A stretch of 64,000 bases of DNA from the human T2T-CHM13v2.0 reference genome, Homo sapiens. The stretch is from assembly GCF_009914755.1 (NCBI RefSeq), contig NC_060932.1; one strand, written 5' to 3'. Made by a program: the position numbers and the translations under genes. This document shows positions 13,606 through 26,356 of this stretch, in pieces. How positions within the stretch are numbered: position 1 is the first letter of the stretch; every line of letters begins with the position of its first letter. Below the pieces are notes generated by a model. It ran no database searches, was not told the DNA's origin, and saw only the letters and a program-made list of their open reading frames with translations.

Positions 13606-14781
13606 GCTCATGCGCGCACAAATATGTTTCCTGCTACTATGGCTGAAAGTTTTGTTAAAAGATAAACATAAAAAATACACAAATAACAACCAATGTTTTA
13701 TTACCTGGAATGCCTTTTTTGAAACTGCAAAATATTTGCAACTAGTTGACATAAAGTTCAGATTGGCTTCATATTTATCATTTATTTTACCTTTTTCTTA
13801 AAAATGCTTATTATGGTACGACTAACATGCAAAAAGTTGTACACATGTAATGCCATGAACTAGATTGTTTTGGAGATACGTATATATCCAAGAAACCGTC
13901 ACCACTCTCAAGGCCACAGACAAATCTACCACCTGCCAAAGATTCCCCCCACACCTATTATTAGTTTTGCCATTAGCAATATTAGTTGTGTGTATGCGGT
14001 AAAAGCACATAAGATCTACATGCTTAGAAATTTTAGGCCTTTAAAATTTTACTTAAATTTTAAATGAAAATTTAAAGTTCTCAGTGTGTTTTTTAAGCAT
14101 TTAAAATCTAATTTTAAATGTTTAAAATTTAAGCTGGTTTATTTCATTTACCACGATGTCTTCCCGATTCACGCATGCTGTTGCAAATGGCACAATTTCC
14201 TTCTTTTTTAAGGGGTGAGTAATATTTCATTGTATATTCCACTTTTTCTTCCTCCACTCATTGATCAAAGTGCATTTATGTTGTTTCCTAATCCTGGCAA
14301 TTGCTAATACTGCTCCAGTAAACATGGGAGTGAAAGTGTGTGTTCAAAATCCTGATTTCATATTCCTTTGGATAATTACCTGGAAGTGGGGATTGCTGGG
14401 TCATATGGTAGGTTTTGTTGTTGTTGTTGTTGTTTTTAGCAGCCTACAAACTCTTTTCATAAGGACTGAGCCAATTTACATTCCTACCACCAGTGTACAG
14501 AGTTCCTTACTCCCCACGTCCGCATCAACACATATATTTTTATATAATGGCCATCTTAACAAATATCACGTGATATATTCTTGTGGTTTTGATTTGCGGT
14601 TGTCTGATAATTAATTATATTGATCACCTTTTTATATACCTGTTGGACGTTTGTATGTCTTTGCAGATATATCTACTTGGGTTATTTGCCCATTTTTAAT
14701 TTTTAATTTGTTTTCTATTGAAGTATATGCATTTCTTATATATTTTGGACATTAACCCCTTATTGAATACGTGGTTTGCAA

Positions 14782-15209
14782 TGTGGAACCAGCATAAATT
14801 CCCATCAAAAACGAGTGGATAAAGAAGCTGAGGTATATGTTTATATGATGGAATACTACTGAGCCATAAAAAGGAATGAATTAATGGCATTTGCAGCAAC
14901 CTGGATGGTATTAGAGACTATTCTTCTAAGTGAAGTAACTCAGCAATGGAAAACCAAACATTTTATGTTCTCATTCATAAATGGGAGCCAAACTATGAGG
15001 ATGCAAAGATAATTAGAATGACACAATGGACTTTGGGGACTTGTGGGGAAAGAATAGGAAGGGGGTGAAGGATAAAAGACTACAAACTGGGTTCAGTGTG
15101 GGCTGCTCGGTGATGGGTACATCAAAATCTCACAAATCACCACTAAAAAACTTATTCATGTAACCAAATACCACCTGCTCCAGAAACACCTATGGAAATA
15201 TTTTTAAAA
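14782..15209 (+). mobile_element. L1PB1-like 3' fragment nested in the L1M
   Basis: L1PB 3'UTR (gtaactcagcaatggaaaaccaaaca; aaatcaccactaaa...cttattcatgtaaccaaa); TSD aatacgtggttt/tg at 14766 and 15210. Confidence 0.88.
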
Positions 15210-15818
15210 AATACGTGGTTGTAAAAATTTTCTCCCATTCCATAGGGTGATTTTTCATTTTGCAGATTGTTTCTTTTGCTGTGCAGGAGATTCTGTGTTT
15301 GACGTAGTCCCACTTCTTTTGATTTGGTTGCCTGTACTTTTCGTGTCATATCCAAAAAAAAAAAAAAAAAAAGAAAGAAATCATTGTCAAGATCTATGCC
15401 AAGGATTTTTAAAAAATGTTTTCTTCTAGGAGTTTTGCGGGTTTGGGTATCGCACTGAAGTCCTTCATCAATTTTGTGTGGTCTAACACGTGGGCCAGTT
15501 TCACTCCTCTGCACGACATACTCAGTTGTCTCAATCTCATGTATTGAAGAGACTCTCTTTTCCCCCATTGTGTCTTTTTGGCATGTTTTTTGGTTAGTTG
15601 GCAGTTTTTGCTTGAGTTCACTTTCTGGCTTTCTATTCTGTATTATTGGTCTATGTGTCTGTTTTTATTACAGTATCATACTGCTTTTATTACTGAAGAT
15701 TGGTAATATAATTTGATATCAGGACATGTGATGCCTTCAGCTGTGTTATTCTTGCTCAAGATTGCTTTGGTTATCTCTGGTCTTTTGTGATTCCATACAA
15801 ATTTTATGACTTTTTTTT

Positions 15819-16058
15819 CTATTTCTGTAAAAATGCCATTGGAATTTTGATAGAGATTGCTTTGAATCTGTAGATGACTTTGCGTAGTATGGACATTTTA
15901 AAAATATTAATTATTCCAATCCAGGAACACAAGCTATCTTTCCATTTGTTTGTGTTTTCAATTTTCTTCATAAATATTTTATAATTTTCAGTGTACAGAT
16001 CATTCACCTCCTTGGTTATTTTTTCCCCAAGTATTTCATTCTTTTTAATGACATTCAA
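15819..16058 (-). pseudogene. L1 ORF2p remnant (RT C-terminal region)
   Basis: [13 protein letters not shown]...[22 protein letters not shown]...[12 protein letters not shown] matches L1 ORF2p. Confidence 0.9.
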
Positions 16059-16193
16059 AATGAGATTTTTTTGGGAATTTCTTTATCAGATAATTTGACT
16101 CAGAAACACAACTGAGTCTTGTATTTTTAGTGTGTAATCTGTGAATATACCAAATTTTTTTTTACTTTAGGATTTACCAAATTTGTTTTTTAC

Positions 16194-16495
16194 TTTTTTT
16201 TTTTTCTTCCCCAAGACAAGATCTCACTCCTTCTGCCCTGGCTAGACTGCAGTGGTGCAATCATAGCTCACTGAAGTCATGACTTTCCACACTCAGGTGA
16301 TCTTCCTGCCTTAGTCTTCTGAGAAGCTGGGACTACAGGTGTGTGCCAGCATATCTGGCTAACTTTTCATATTTTTAGTAAAGACAGGGTCTCACCATGT
16401 TGCCCAGGATGCTCTTGAACTCCTGGGCTCAAGTGATCCACCCACTTCAACCTCCCAAAGTGCTGAGATTATAGGAGTGAGCCACCGTACGTGCC
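16194..16495 (-). mobile_element. AluJ nested in the L1M
   Basis: AluJ diagnostics atcatagctcactg and ctcctgggctcaagtgatcc. Confidence 0.9.
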
Positions 16496-16512
16496 CTATT
16501 TTTCTAAGATGC

Positions 16513-16549
16513 GTGTGTGTGTGTGTGTGTGTGTGTTTATGTGTGTGTG
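16513..16549. repeat. (TG)n microsatellite
   Basis: Seen directly. Confidence 0.95.
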
Positions 16550-17770
16550 GACACTGTAGGTTTTTTTCTAAGACTGTAACATCTGAAAACATAAAATTTT
16601 ACTTCTTACTTTCCAATTTGAGTGCCTTTTATTCTTTTACTTTCCTAATTGATCTGGCTAGGACTTTCAGTACTGTATTAAGTACGTTTGGCAAGAGTAG
16701 GCAACTTGTCTTGTTCTTAAATTTAAAGAGAAATGCTTTCAGCTTTTCATCATTATGTACATTAGTTATGGGCTTGTCATATATGACCTTTATTATGTTG
16801 AAGTATATTCCTTCAACACATAATTTGTTGAGAGCTTTTATCAGGAAAATATGTTAAATTTTGTCAAATGCTTTTTTGTGCATCTATTGAGATGATCCTA
16901 TAAATATCATATTTTATTTTGTTAGTGGGGTATATCCAATTTATTGATTTGCGTATGTTAAAACAACCTTGCATCCCAGCGATAAATCTCACCTGACTGT
17001 GGTGTATGATCCCTTTAATGTGCTATTGAATTCATTTTGCTAGTGTTTTGTTGAGAATTTTTGCATCTATTTTGATCACAGACATTGGCCTGTACATTTA
17101 TTTTATTGTAATGTAATCTAGATATGACATGAGGGTACTGCTGGCCTCATAAAATAAGTTTGAAAATGTTTCCTCTTCTTCAGGTTTCCGAAAGAGTTTG
17201 AAAAGCGTTGGTTTAGTGTTTCTTTAAATGTTCGATAAAATTTAGTAGTGAAGGTATCTATTTATGGGTTTTCTTTGAAAGAAGGTTGAACACTGACACA
17301 TTTCCCTTATTTGTATTGACCCTTTGAGATTTTCTGTTTATTTACGATTCACCTGGGTAGGTTATCCACATTTTGCGTATATAATTTTTACAGTATTGTA
17401 TTTATATTTCTGTAATACCTGTTGTAGTATCACCTCTTTCATTTCTAATTTTGAGTCTTCTCTTTTCTACTTAGCATAAGAGTTTATCATTTTTGTTTAT
17501 CCTTTCATAAAATTTCAGTATTTTTGATTTTTGTTTAAATAGTCTTTCTAGCCTCTATTTAATTTATTATCTAACTTGTATTATTTTCTTTCTTCTATTA
17601 ACTTTGAGCTTGGTTTGTTCTTTTCCTAGTTCAGTGAGGTGTAAAGTTAGGTTGCTTATATAAAATACTTTTTATTTTTTTCATGTAGGCCATCATTTCT
17701 GTAAACTTCCCTCTTAGAACCACTTTTGCTTCATTTATTTTGGTGTGCTTGGTTTCCATTTTCATTTATT

Positions 17771-18001
17771 TCAATCTATTTTTGGATTTCCCTTTTGATT
17801 TCTTCCTTCCCCCATTAGTTGTTCAGGCGTATGTTGCTTAATTTTCACATATTTGTAAACTAATTTTCCTCCTCTCCCTGATTTTAGTTTCATAATATAA
17901 GAGTCAGGAAAGTTACCAAATATGAGTGCAATCTTCTTTGATTTGTTAAGAGTTGTTTTATGGCCTAACATATGATCTATCCTGGAGAGAGTTTTGTGCA
18001 A
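17771..18001 (-). pseudogene. L1 ORF2p endonuclease-domain remnant
   Basis: HKTLSRIDHMLGHKTTLNK is the conserved L1 EN motif SRIDH. Confidence 0.9.
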
Positions 18002-18956
18002 AGCTTAGAAAAATGTGTATGCTGCTGCTGTGGTCTGGAAGGTTCTGCATGTGTCTGTTAGGTCCATCTGGTCCATACTGTTGGCCAAGTACATTGCTTT
18101 CTTATTGATTTGATGTCTGGATGACATGTCTATTTTGGAAAGCAGTGCATTAAAGTTCCATACTGTTAATATATTGTTTTCTATTTTCCCTCCAGTTCTG
18201 TTAATATTTGCTATATATGTAGGTGCTACAATGTTGGGTGCATATATAATTTTATATAGTTTTCATGAATTGACCCCTTTATCATTATATTATGACATTC
18301 TTTCATGTTTCCGTTTTTGCCTAATGTCTATTTTGTATTATAAAAATATAGACAACCCTACTCTCTTCTTTTTAACCACTTGCATAAAAATATCCTTTTC
18401 TATCTCTTTACTTTCAACCTATGTGTGCTCTTAAAAACATAGTGAGTTCCTTTTAAAAAGCATACAGTTGGATCTTATTTATGTCAATTCAGTCACTCTG
18501 TCTTTGGATTAAAAAAAAATTAAGTAACTTACACATAAAGTAATTATTAATAGGTAAGAACTTACTACTGCCATGTTATTAAACTTCTTGGACTGTTTCA
18601 TCATTAATATATTCTGTTCTGTTTCTCGTCACATTTTCTTTCATAATTTGATAATTTTTGTATTCATAGGCTTTGATTCTTTTCTATTTATTTTTTGTAT
18701 ACCTACTAGAGTTTTTGATTTTTGTTCATGGTTACAAGTAGGATTAAATAAAACATCTTATGGTTAAAGCAGTCTATTTTGTGGCTGATAAAAATGTAAA
18801 TTTCGTCACATAAAAATAACTTTTAATTGTGCTTTTCATCCAAATCTGTATTTTATGTTGTTGATATTACTATCTACATCTTTTTTATATTTTGTATTTA
18901 TTAACCAATTATTGTAGGTATGGTTATTTTTAGTACATTTGTCTGTACTTTTAAAA

Positions 18957-20045
18957 CTTTTTAATTGATGAATATAAAATTCTATATATTCATGGTGTAC
19001 AACATGGCCTTCAGATATTGGGATATGTGGAGGAAAAGTTAAATATTAAATTTCAACTCAACTGAACATGAACACAAATAATGGTCAACAAATACCGAAA
19101 CAGATTGTGTGAGCCCCTTGAGGTGTTCATCCAGGGCTGTTTCAGAGAAATCTCTATTTCCATCTATTCTTATATGTTAGTTATTGAAAAACAACAGACA
19201 ATTGCAAAAACAAGTTGACCCTTTTGTGTTCCTGGAGCCCAGTTGCGAAGGGCCCTTGTGACTGGGACTCATGCCAAACAACTCATTAAAAGAGAGCTAG
19301 GGTCCCAGACCACGCCGAAGCTTCATGAGACCTCTCCTCATCAGTGCACTAATGAGTGGCTGACTCTGGAGCTCAGGCTATTGTTTCCTTGTCTGGTGGT
19401 GAATCTTCCAGAGTCTGGTGAGTGGAGTGTCTGACTCTGGAGCCCAGGCTGTCCCTTCCCCATTTGGGGAGTTTATGTATGTATATATACACATACATCC
19501 ACATACGTATATTTTTTTCGCTTGTCCCCTTCCCATTGCAATTTCCTTATTATATCATTTGCTTATTTTGTCAATTTGATTATATTAATTTGCTTATTGG
19601 ATCATTTGCTTATTATATCTGCATTGCCGTTTATGTGGGACATGTTTACCCTTAAAGGTATTGTGTGTGTGTCTTTTATTCTCACCTTGCGCATTTCCCA
19701 CACAGAACAGGATACACTGTGAAATAATTAAATGAAGCTAATTAACATACTCATCACCTCATATACTCACCATTTTTGTGGTTCAGTAATTTTAACTCTA
19801 CTCTCTTAGAAATTTTCAAATATATAATACATTCTTTTTATCTGTAGTCACCATGCTGTACAATAAATCTCTAGTTCTTATGCTTCCTGTCTCACTGAAA
19901 CTTTATACCCTTTGACAAACATCTCCTCATTTTCACCTTTTCACCAAGCTCATAGTTACCACTGTTCTACTCCCTGCATCTGAGTTTCAATTTTTTACAT
20001 TCCATAGATAAGTGAAATCATGCAGTATTTGTCTTTCTTTGCTTG
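18957..20045 (-). mobile_element. L1MA 3' fragment nested in the L1M, itself split by LTR18B
   Basis: L1MA 3'UTR antisense (tatattcatggtgtacaacatg ... ctaattaacatactcatcacctc ... agtgaaatcatgcagtatttgtc) continues across the LTR. Confidence 0.8.
19026..19709 (-). mobile_element. Solo LTR, LTR18B-like (ERVL)
   Basis: TG...CA termini, perfect 5-bp TSD GGATA (19021-19025 and 19710-19714); matches recalled LTR18B; small internal direct repeat at 19354 and 19426. Confidence 0.8.
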
Positions 20046-20149
20046 TAGCTATTTTTAAAATATATTGTCCTTTAAATTTCATAAAAGAGTTAGATTTTTC
20101 ACCATTATTATAGTATTAGAATATTCTGAATTTGACTATACACTTACCT

Positions 20150-20462
20150 TTACAGGTAAGTTTTGTGCTTTCTTGCTGCTAATAAGTGTCCTTTCATTTC
20201 AATTTGAAGGACTCCCTTTAGCGTTTCTTGCAGGGTATATCTGGTGGTGATGAAATTTCTCAGCTCTTGTTGATGCGGGAAAATCTGTATCTCTCCATTT
20301 ATGAAGGACAGTTTCTCTGAGTATAGCATTCTTCGTTGGCAGCTCTTTACTTTCATAACTTTGGATATATCGATCCATTTTTTCCTGGTCTTCAGAAAGA
20401 TGCTGATGTTCTTGTAGGGATACCTTATATGTTGTAAACTGCTTTCCTCTTGATGCTTTCAA
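20150..20462 (-). pseudogene. L1 ORF1p C-terminal remnant (frameshifted)
   Basis: CQRRMLYSEKLSFINGEIQIFPHQQELRNFITTRYTLQETLKGVL matches the ORF1p CTD; KASRGKQFTTYK lies in the adjacent frame. Confidence 0.88.
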
Positions 20463-21269
20463 TATTCCTTCTTGTCTATGACTTTTGACAGTTTAAAGTG
20501 TCTCAATGAGAATCACTAAAAGCTCAAGCTGCACTTAATTCATTGGGCTTCATATACCTAGACATTCATTTCCCTCTCCAGATTTGGAAAGCTTTTGTCA
20601 TTATTCCTCTAAGAAATTTATCTTTCTCTGTTTCTTCTGAGACTTCTATGATACATATATTGATTCACTTGATGGTTTCCCAGAAGCTCGGTGGACTTGC
20701 TTCATTTTTGAAAATTGTGTATCAGTTTTGTCCCTGTGACTGGATAATTTTAAATGATCTGTCTTATATTTCACTAATTCTATTTTCTGATTGGTTGAGT
20801 CTGCTGTTTAAACACTTCTTTAATTTTTTCAGTGTAATCATTGTTCTCTTTAGCTCCAGATTTTCTTTGTTTCATATTTATAATGTTCACCTCTTTGTTG
20901 AACTACTCATTTTGTTCATATCTTGTTTTTCTGGTCTCTTCAACTCTCTATTCGTGTTATCCTGTAAGTCACTGAAGTTAAGATGATAATTTTAATTTTT
21001 TTGTCAGGCGGTTCATAAATTCTCATTTCTTTAGGGTTTGGTACTGGTGCTTTGTTTTGCTATTTTGGTACCATTATATTTCCTTTATTTTTTTCTCTCT
21101 TCCTTGAAGTTCTGCATTGCTTTCTTAGCATTTGAAGCAGTATTTCTTTAGTCCTGGCTGACTGGTAAGAGAAAGACTTTAAATAGTTATCCTGCCTAGA
21201 GATACTGTGGGTCTCTGCATCTGTTCTATGGCTATGCCTGCCCCACTTCTCTTATTCTTTCTTACCAGT

Positions 21270-21415
21270 CAGTAAAGAGAGCCTGAGGCAGAGCCACCCA
21301 GCTAATCCACTTCCCAAATCCTGACCCATAGAAATTATGAGAAAAGAAATGTGTGTGTTTTCAATTTGCTACATTTTGGGCTATTTTGCTTTACAGCAAC
21401 CTATAAGTAATGCAT
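21270..21415 (+). mobile_element. MLT1 (MaLR) LTR 3' fragment
   Basis: gccacccagctaatcc...cctgacccatagaaattatgaga...ttacagcaacctataagtaatgca. Confidence 0.7.
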
Positions 21416-21656
21416 TTGGGGAATGTGCTTCAGCGATTGCTACAATAACCCAAGAGGTGAAGCATCAGAGTAAAGTACTTGTGCATTTATATATTATATG
21501 CTATCCTATTTTAATTAGAAATATTCAAATGACAATTTAATATTAAGTGTACTTTAAAATATAAAAGCATGATGAAAGAAATAATATTTAAATTATACAG
21601 TTAAACCTGAAATACAGTTCAAAAGATAACGTTCATAATGCTGGGTGGTAAGACAC

Positions 21657-21994
21657 TGATGCGGTTTGGCTGGGTCCCCACTCAAAACTTCCAGAATTCC
21701 CAGGTGTTGTGAGAGGGACCCACGGTGAGGTAACTGAATCGTGGAGACCAGTCTTTCCCCTACTATTCTCGCAACAGTGAATAAGTCTCATGAGATCTGA
21801 TGGGCTTATCAGAGGTTTCCACTTTTGCCTCCTCCTCATTTTTCTCTTGCCACCACCACGTAAGAAGTGCCTGTTACCTCCCGCCATGATTCTGAGGCCT
21901 CCCCAGCCATGTGGAACTGTAAGTCCCATTGAACCTCTTTTTATTCCCAGTTTTGGGTATGTCTTTATCAGCAGCATTAAAACAAACTAATACG
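21657..21994 (+). mobile_element. Solo LTR, THE1A-like (MaLR)
   Basis: tgatgcggtttggctg...gtgaataagtctcatgagatctgatgg...ccatgtggaactgtaagtcc...actaatacg. Confidence 0.9.
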
Positions 21995-22173
21995 GGCAGT
22001 GAAAGATATTTGGGGACCTTTATTAATTTATTTTATTTAAGTTTTATTTTTTAAATATATACTATCTGCATAACAAAATGTAGAAGGTACAGCAGCCAAG
22101 CAGTAAAGGCCTTTCCTTATACCTTTAACCTCAGTCACCCAATTTACCCTATGAAACTAATTGTCTATTTGTC

Positions 22174-22176
<3 letters not shown>

Positions 22177-22213
<37 letters not shown>

Positions 22214-22244
22214 ATATACACACACACACACACACACACCATAC

Positions 22245-22279
<35 letters not shown>

Positions 22280-22280
22280 C
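22177..22280. repeat. Compound interrupted (CA)n, about 100 bp
   Basis: CA blocks separated by ccata(ta) and aa interruptions. Confidence 0.95.
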
Positions 22281-22429
22281 TTGTGGTGTGTATAGGTGGG
22301 GGTTTATGTATACTTTCTAAGTCATATTTTTCCCAGACATGATTTTAAGTACTAATAACGTATGTTGATTTATTTCCTCTTTTATGTTTTAATGGTAAAA
22401 TCACAATCCATGTCCTCTCTAACCAATAC

Positions 22430-22615
22430 TCCCCTTGTGCCATGTATTTCTCCTTATAACTTTTCAATCTATTACACACTATTTATTTTATCTTATCTTA
22501 TTTTATGTTTTTTCACCAGAAACAGGAGGGCAGTAAGATTTTTTCTGTCTTTTGTTGAGATATTACCAGTAGCTAATATAGAGTCTGTTATAAATATTTG
22601 TTGAATGAGTGAATA
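22430..22615 (+). mobile_element. L2 3' end
   Basis: Ends tataaatatttgttgaatgagtgaat. Confidence 0.6.
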
Positions 22616-22853
22616 CATGTGTTGCATTTCATTAGTATTTTAATACTAAATTCTTTATTATTTTTCACTTACAAAAAGCAAATAATTGTTTCTTTTTTGA
22701 TTTAATTTTTGATGATTATTCTAACATTTATTTCTGGTTAATTTTATCAGTTGTTTAAAATATGATTTTATGAAAAGCATATTATTAGAAACAATTAATT
22801 GACCTATACTTTTATGTGAAACACATTTGAAAACGCAATTAAATTCAAGTTAA

Positions 22854-23159
<306 letters not shown>

Positions 23160-23530
23160 AAATTGGCATCTTTAAAAGTACTTTTTGTGCTTTATGTTTT
23201 TATAAGAGGTAATTTAGTATTTATTGTAATTATCTTTAGGTATTATTATCGTTTTTAACTGAGAATAATATAAATTATTATAAATAAAAGATAGGGTTGT
23301 CATAAAGTTTTGAAGCTATAATTTATTAGAGATATTATATCTAACAGCTTCTAATAAATAAATGCTAACCTTCTTTATATTATTCCAACAATTACAAATA
23401 AATATATAGCAGACATAAGCTAATAATTATTAAGGTGCCAGACAGCATGAAAATTACTCTGACTTTATAAGAACTTTATGAGTATTCAATGGAAAAAGGA
23501 AAGGTATCACTGTATAACAGAAAACAATAC

Positions 23531-23835
23531 AGCCAGACACAGTGGCTCCTACCTGTGGTCCCAACACTTTGTGGTGCCGAGGCAGGTGGATCACAAGGTC
23601 AGGAGTTTGGGACCAGCCTCGCCAACATGGTGAGACCCCATCTCTACTAAAAATACAAAAATTAGCCAGCCGTGGTGGTGCATCACTGTAATCCCAGCTA
23701 CTAGAGAGGCTGAGGCAGGAGAATCGCTTGAAACTGGAAGGCGGAGGTTGCAGTGAGCCGACATCACGCCCCTGAACTCCACACTCGGCGAAAGAGTGAA
23801 ACAAGTGAAACTTCATCTCAAAATAGAAAAGAAAA
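23531..23835 (+). mobile_element. AluS (Sg-like)
   Basis: Full dimer; TSD agaaaacaat. Confidence 0.93.
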
Positions 23836-25801
23836 GAAAACAATTAATATTTTCTTTACCTTTGTTAAGCAGAAAAAAAAGAAGATGCTAATTTGATTGC
23901 GTATAAGCAGAACACTAAGAAAAATACCAAATCTACCAAATATTTTAGTTTTAAATTTAAAAATATGTCTCTCAGTGATGTTTGGCAGATACTTTTTTAT
24001 AAAATAGTTTCATAAACATTCTTAATATGAGAGTCGAAGGTTACCTAAAAAATCATTTTACATCAAACTCTTTGTTTTGTTAGATTATCTGTTAATTTCT
24101 TAAGTTCATTTAACATAATTTTTATATTGAAGAATATGATGGTTTTAAAATATTATCTTTTCTAATTGATGAACAATTATAGCATCAATTTTTTTCTTAA
24201 ATTTCCCCACTTTATTCAAGGAGGCCTGAGTTTATGAAAGTATAAAGGACATACAAAGGTAAATAAACTATCTATAGATTTAATTGCCTGTTGGACATTT
24301 ACATTTCAATGAAGCAGCTCAGAAAAGAACATGAGAATGATGTTAATGTAATAATACTGAAAGGAAAATAGAAATAGTAGGTATAATTAATACAGCCTCA
24401 TAATTACATATGCTGTGATATAAATGTTACATTGATTATTCAACTTCTTGAATGTATTTTTCTTTTAATTGCCAGGACTGAGTGGTAAACAAATGATATA
24501 TTGCCCTTTTTAAAGTGCATAAAAAAATGTGTAGGTAGCAGTGAAATATCAGCACAAGCAATGAGTCCTAACTTTTCAAAAACCAGTAACTGCTGAATTA
24601 ATTCAATCTTTTTGTAGAAATAAAAATGCAGTTAAGTGGAACAGGGGGCACTGCCCAGCTGCATTCACAGGTTTCACGGCCGTTTGTAGGCTTCGGTACT
24701 GTACTAAGTTCAGATCTACAAGTAGTTCCATCCACCAATATAATAGATGATGTCATAAGAAGGAGAAGGAAGTAATAAGAGTATACATGACAATAAAAAT
24801 GGTTTAAAGAAGGTATAGATTTTTTTTTAAATTGCTCCTGCTCTTTGGATCTATGCTATTTCTTAATATACGTGAATACTTTTGAACCCATTCTGAAATC
24901 AAAGGTGGTCCAGATCCCACCCACCCCGCCCACCCCCGGGCCAGTTCTATGCATTCCCAGCGATTCCACCTACCCCAGGTCATGCTGTCACTATACAAGG
25001 GTAGGAGAAATGTCATGGAGCTTTCCACTGTTGCTTATCAGTGATCTTTCTTTTCGTATACCTGGAATTATTTTATCAACCTGCAATAAAATGAATGCTG
25101 TGGTTTTGTGTGCTAAAACAATTGGTTGTCATTGTATAAGAAATCTTACCGATTTTTGGTTTCCCTGTAACTCTCAGGGCCATCAGCATTGCCATCTACT
25201 AATTGCAGAAAATTAAAAGCACAGAGAATAAAGAAAGACTTGGAGTGAGGAGAGATGAAACTCTGCACATAAGCAAGATGCTTTCTACTGCCCCCTCTGG
25301 AAGGATACACTTAACAAGAGTGCAAGGCTGAGGAAAGCTCTTGCCTCTGCACATGGTTTCTCTTACATAAAGGAGGTGTTTGTCCATATACACATATGGA
25401 CAGGATGATTTTCCCCCTACATTCCCTCAATGAGAAACTCAATGCTAAAATTAAAAACTCATCTTCCAGGTACAAACTGCATACATAATTTTTAATACTA
25501 GACATTATTTGAAAAAGTTCGTGAATGTTCACAGCCAAGGGTGACAATGTAATTTCAACCTTCCCCACATGAGAAGTGGGTCCAAAAGCTGGAGGGGACA
25601 GAACAAATCAGCTACAGGTGCTGTCTCTGAAGGACTCTGCAATCTGCATATTGAAATTCAAAGTCAACGTCCATTGGCAGGAACTGGGTTGTCTGTCTAT
25701 TCTGATGGCATGATTTCATGTTATAAGATAAAAAATAAATGTGGCTGCATTATTTTGTCTTTAAAAGGAAGAGTATATTGTTTCAAAACATATTTGTATG
25801 A

Positions 25802-26112
<311 letters not shown>

Positions 26113-26356
26113 TATATGATTAAATTTTTAAAAACTATTTTATTGTTAATGCAAGGTTTTCTTCTTACACTGGTTTATATAAAGATGTCTCTGAGAGGGG
26201 GTATGTGTTACCTAGGCATGTTTTTCTTCCTTGGAAGATTATCTTTATTTGGTACTGGGAAAACCTACAAAAGCAGTACCCTACCATTGTAAATAAGCTC
26301 TATTCCAGTGAGAACATCAGTTATACTTGCCGTATCTATTAGATGATGATTCTGTA

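Larger units (their letters stand above)
13795..21265 (-). mobile_element. Near-full-length old L1M (L1MA10/L1MB-like), decayed, with nested insertions
   Basis: 3'UTR at 13.8-14.0 kb; colinear ORF2 RT-region, endonuclease and ORF1 remnants in the minus-strand ORF track; continues toward the 5'UTR at about 21.2 kb. Confidence 0.88.

Noticed and set aside
20543-20986. 147-aa hydrophobic ORF resembling a membrane protein
   Set aside because: It is the antisense reading of A-rich L1 ORF1, which gives F/L/S-rich text
24637-24654. CTCF-like AGGGGGCAC (also the reverse-strand AGGGGGCAG near 25290)
   Set aside because: The 5' CCASY part of the core has 3-4 mismatches; too weak to call
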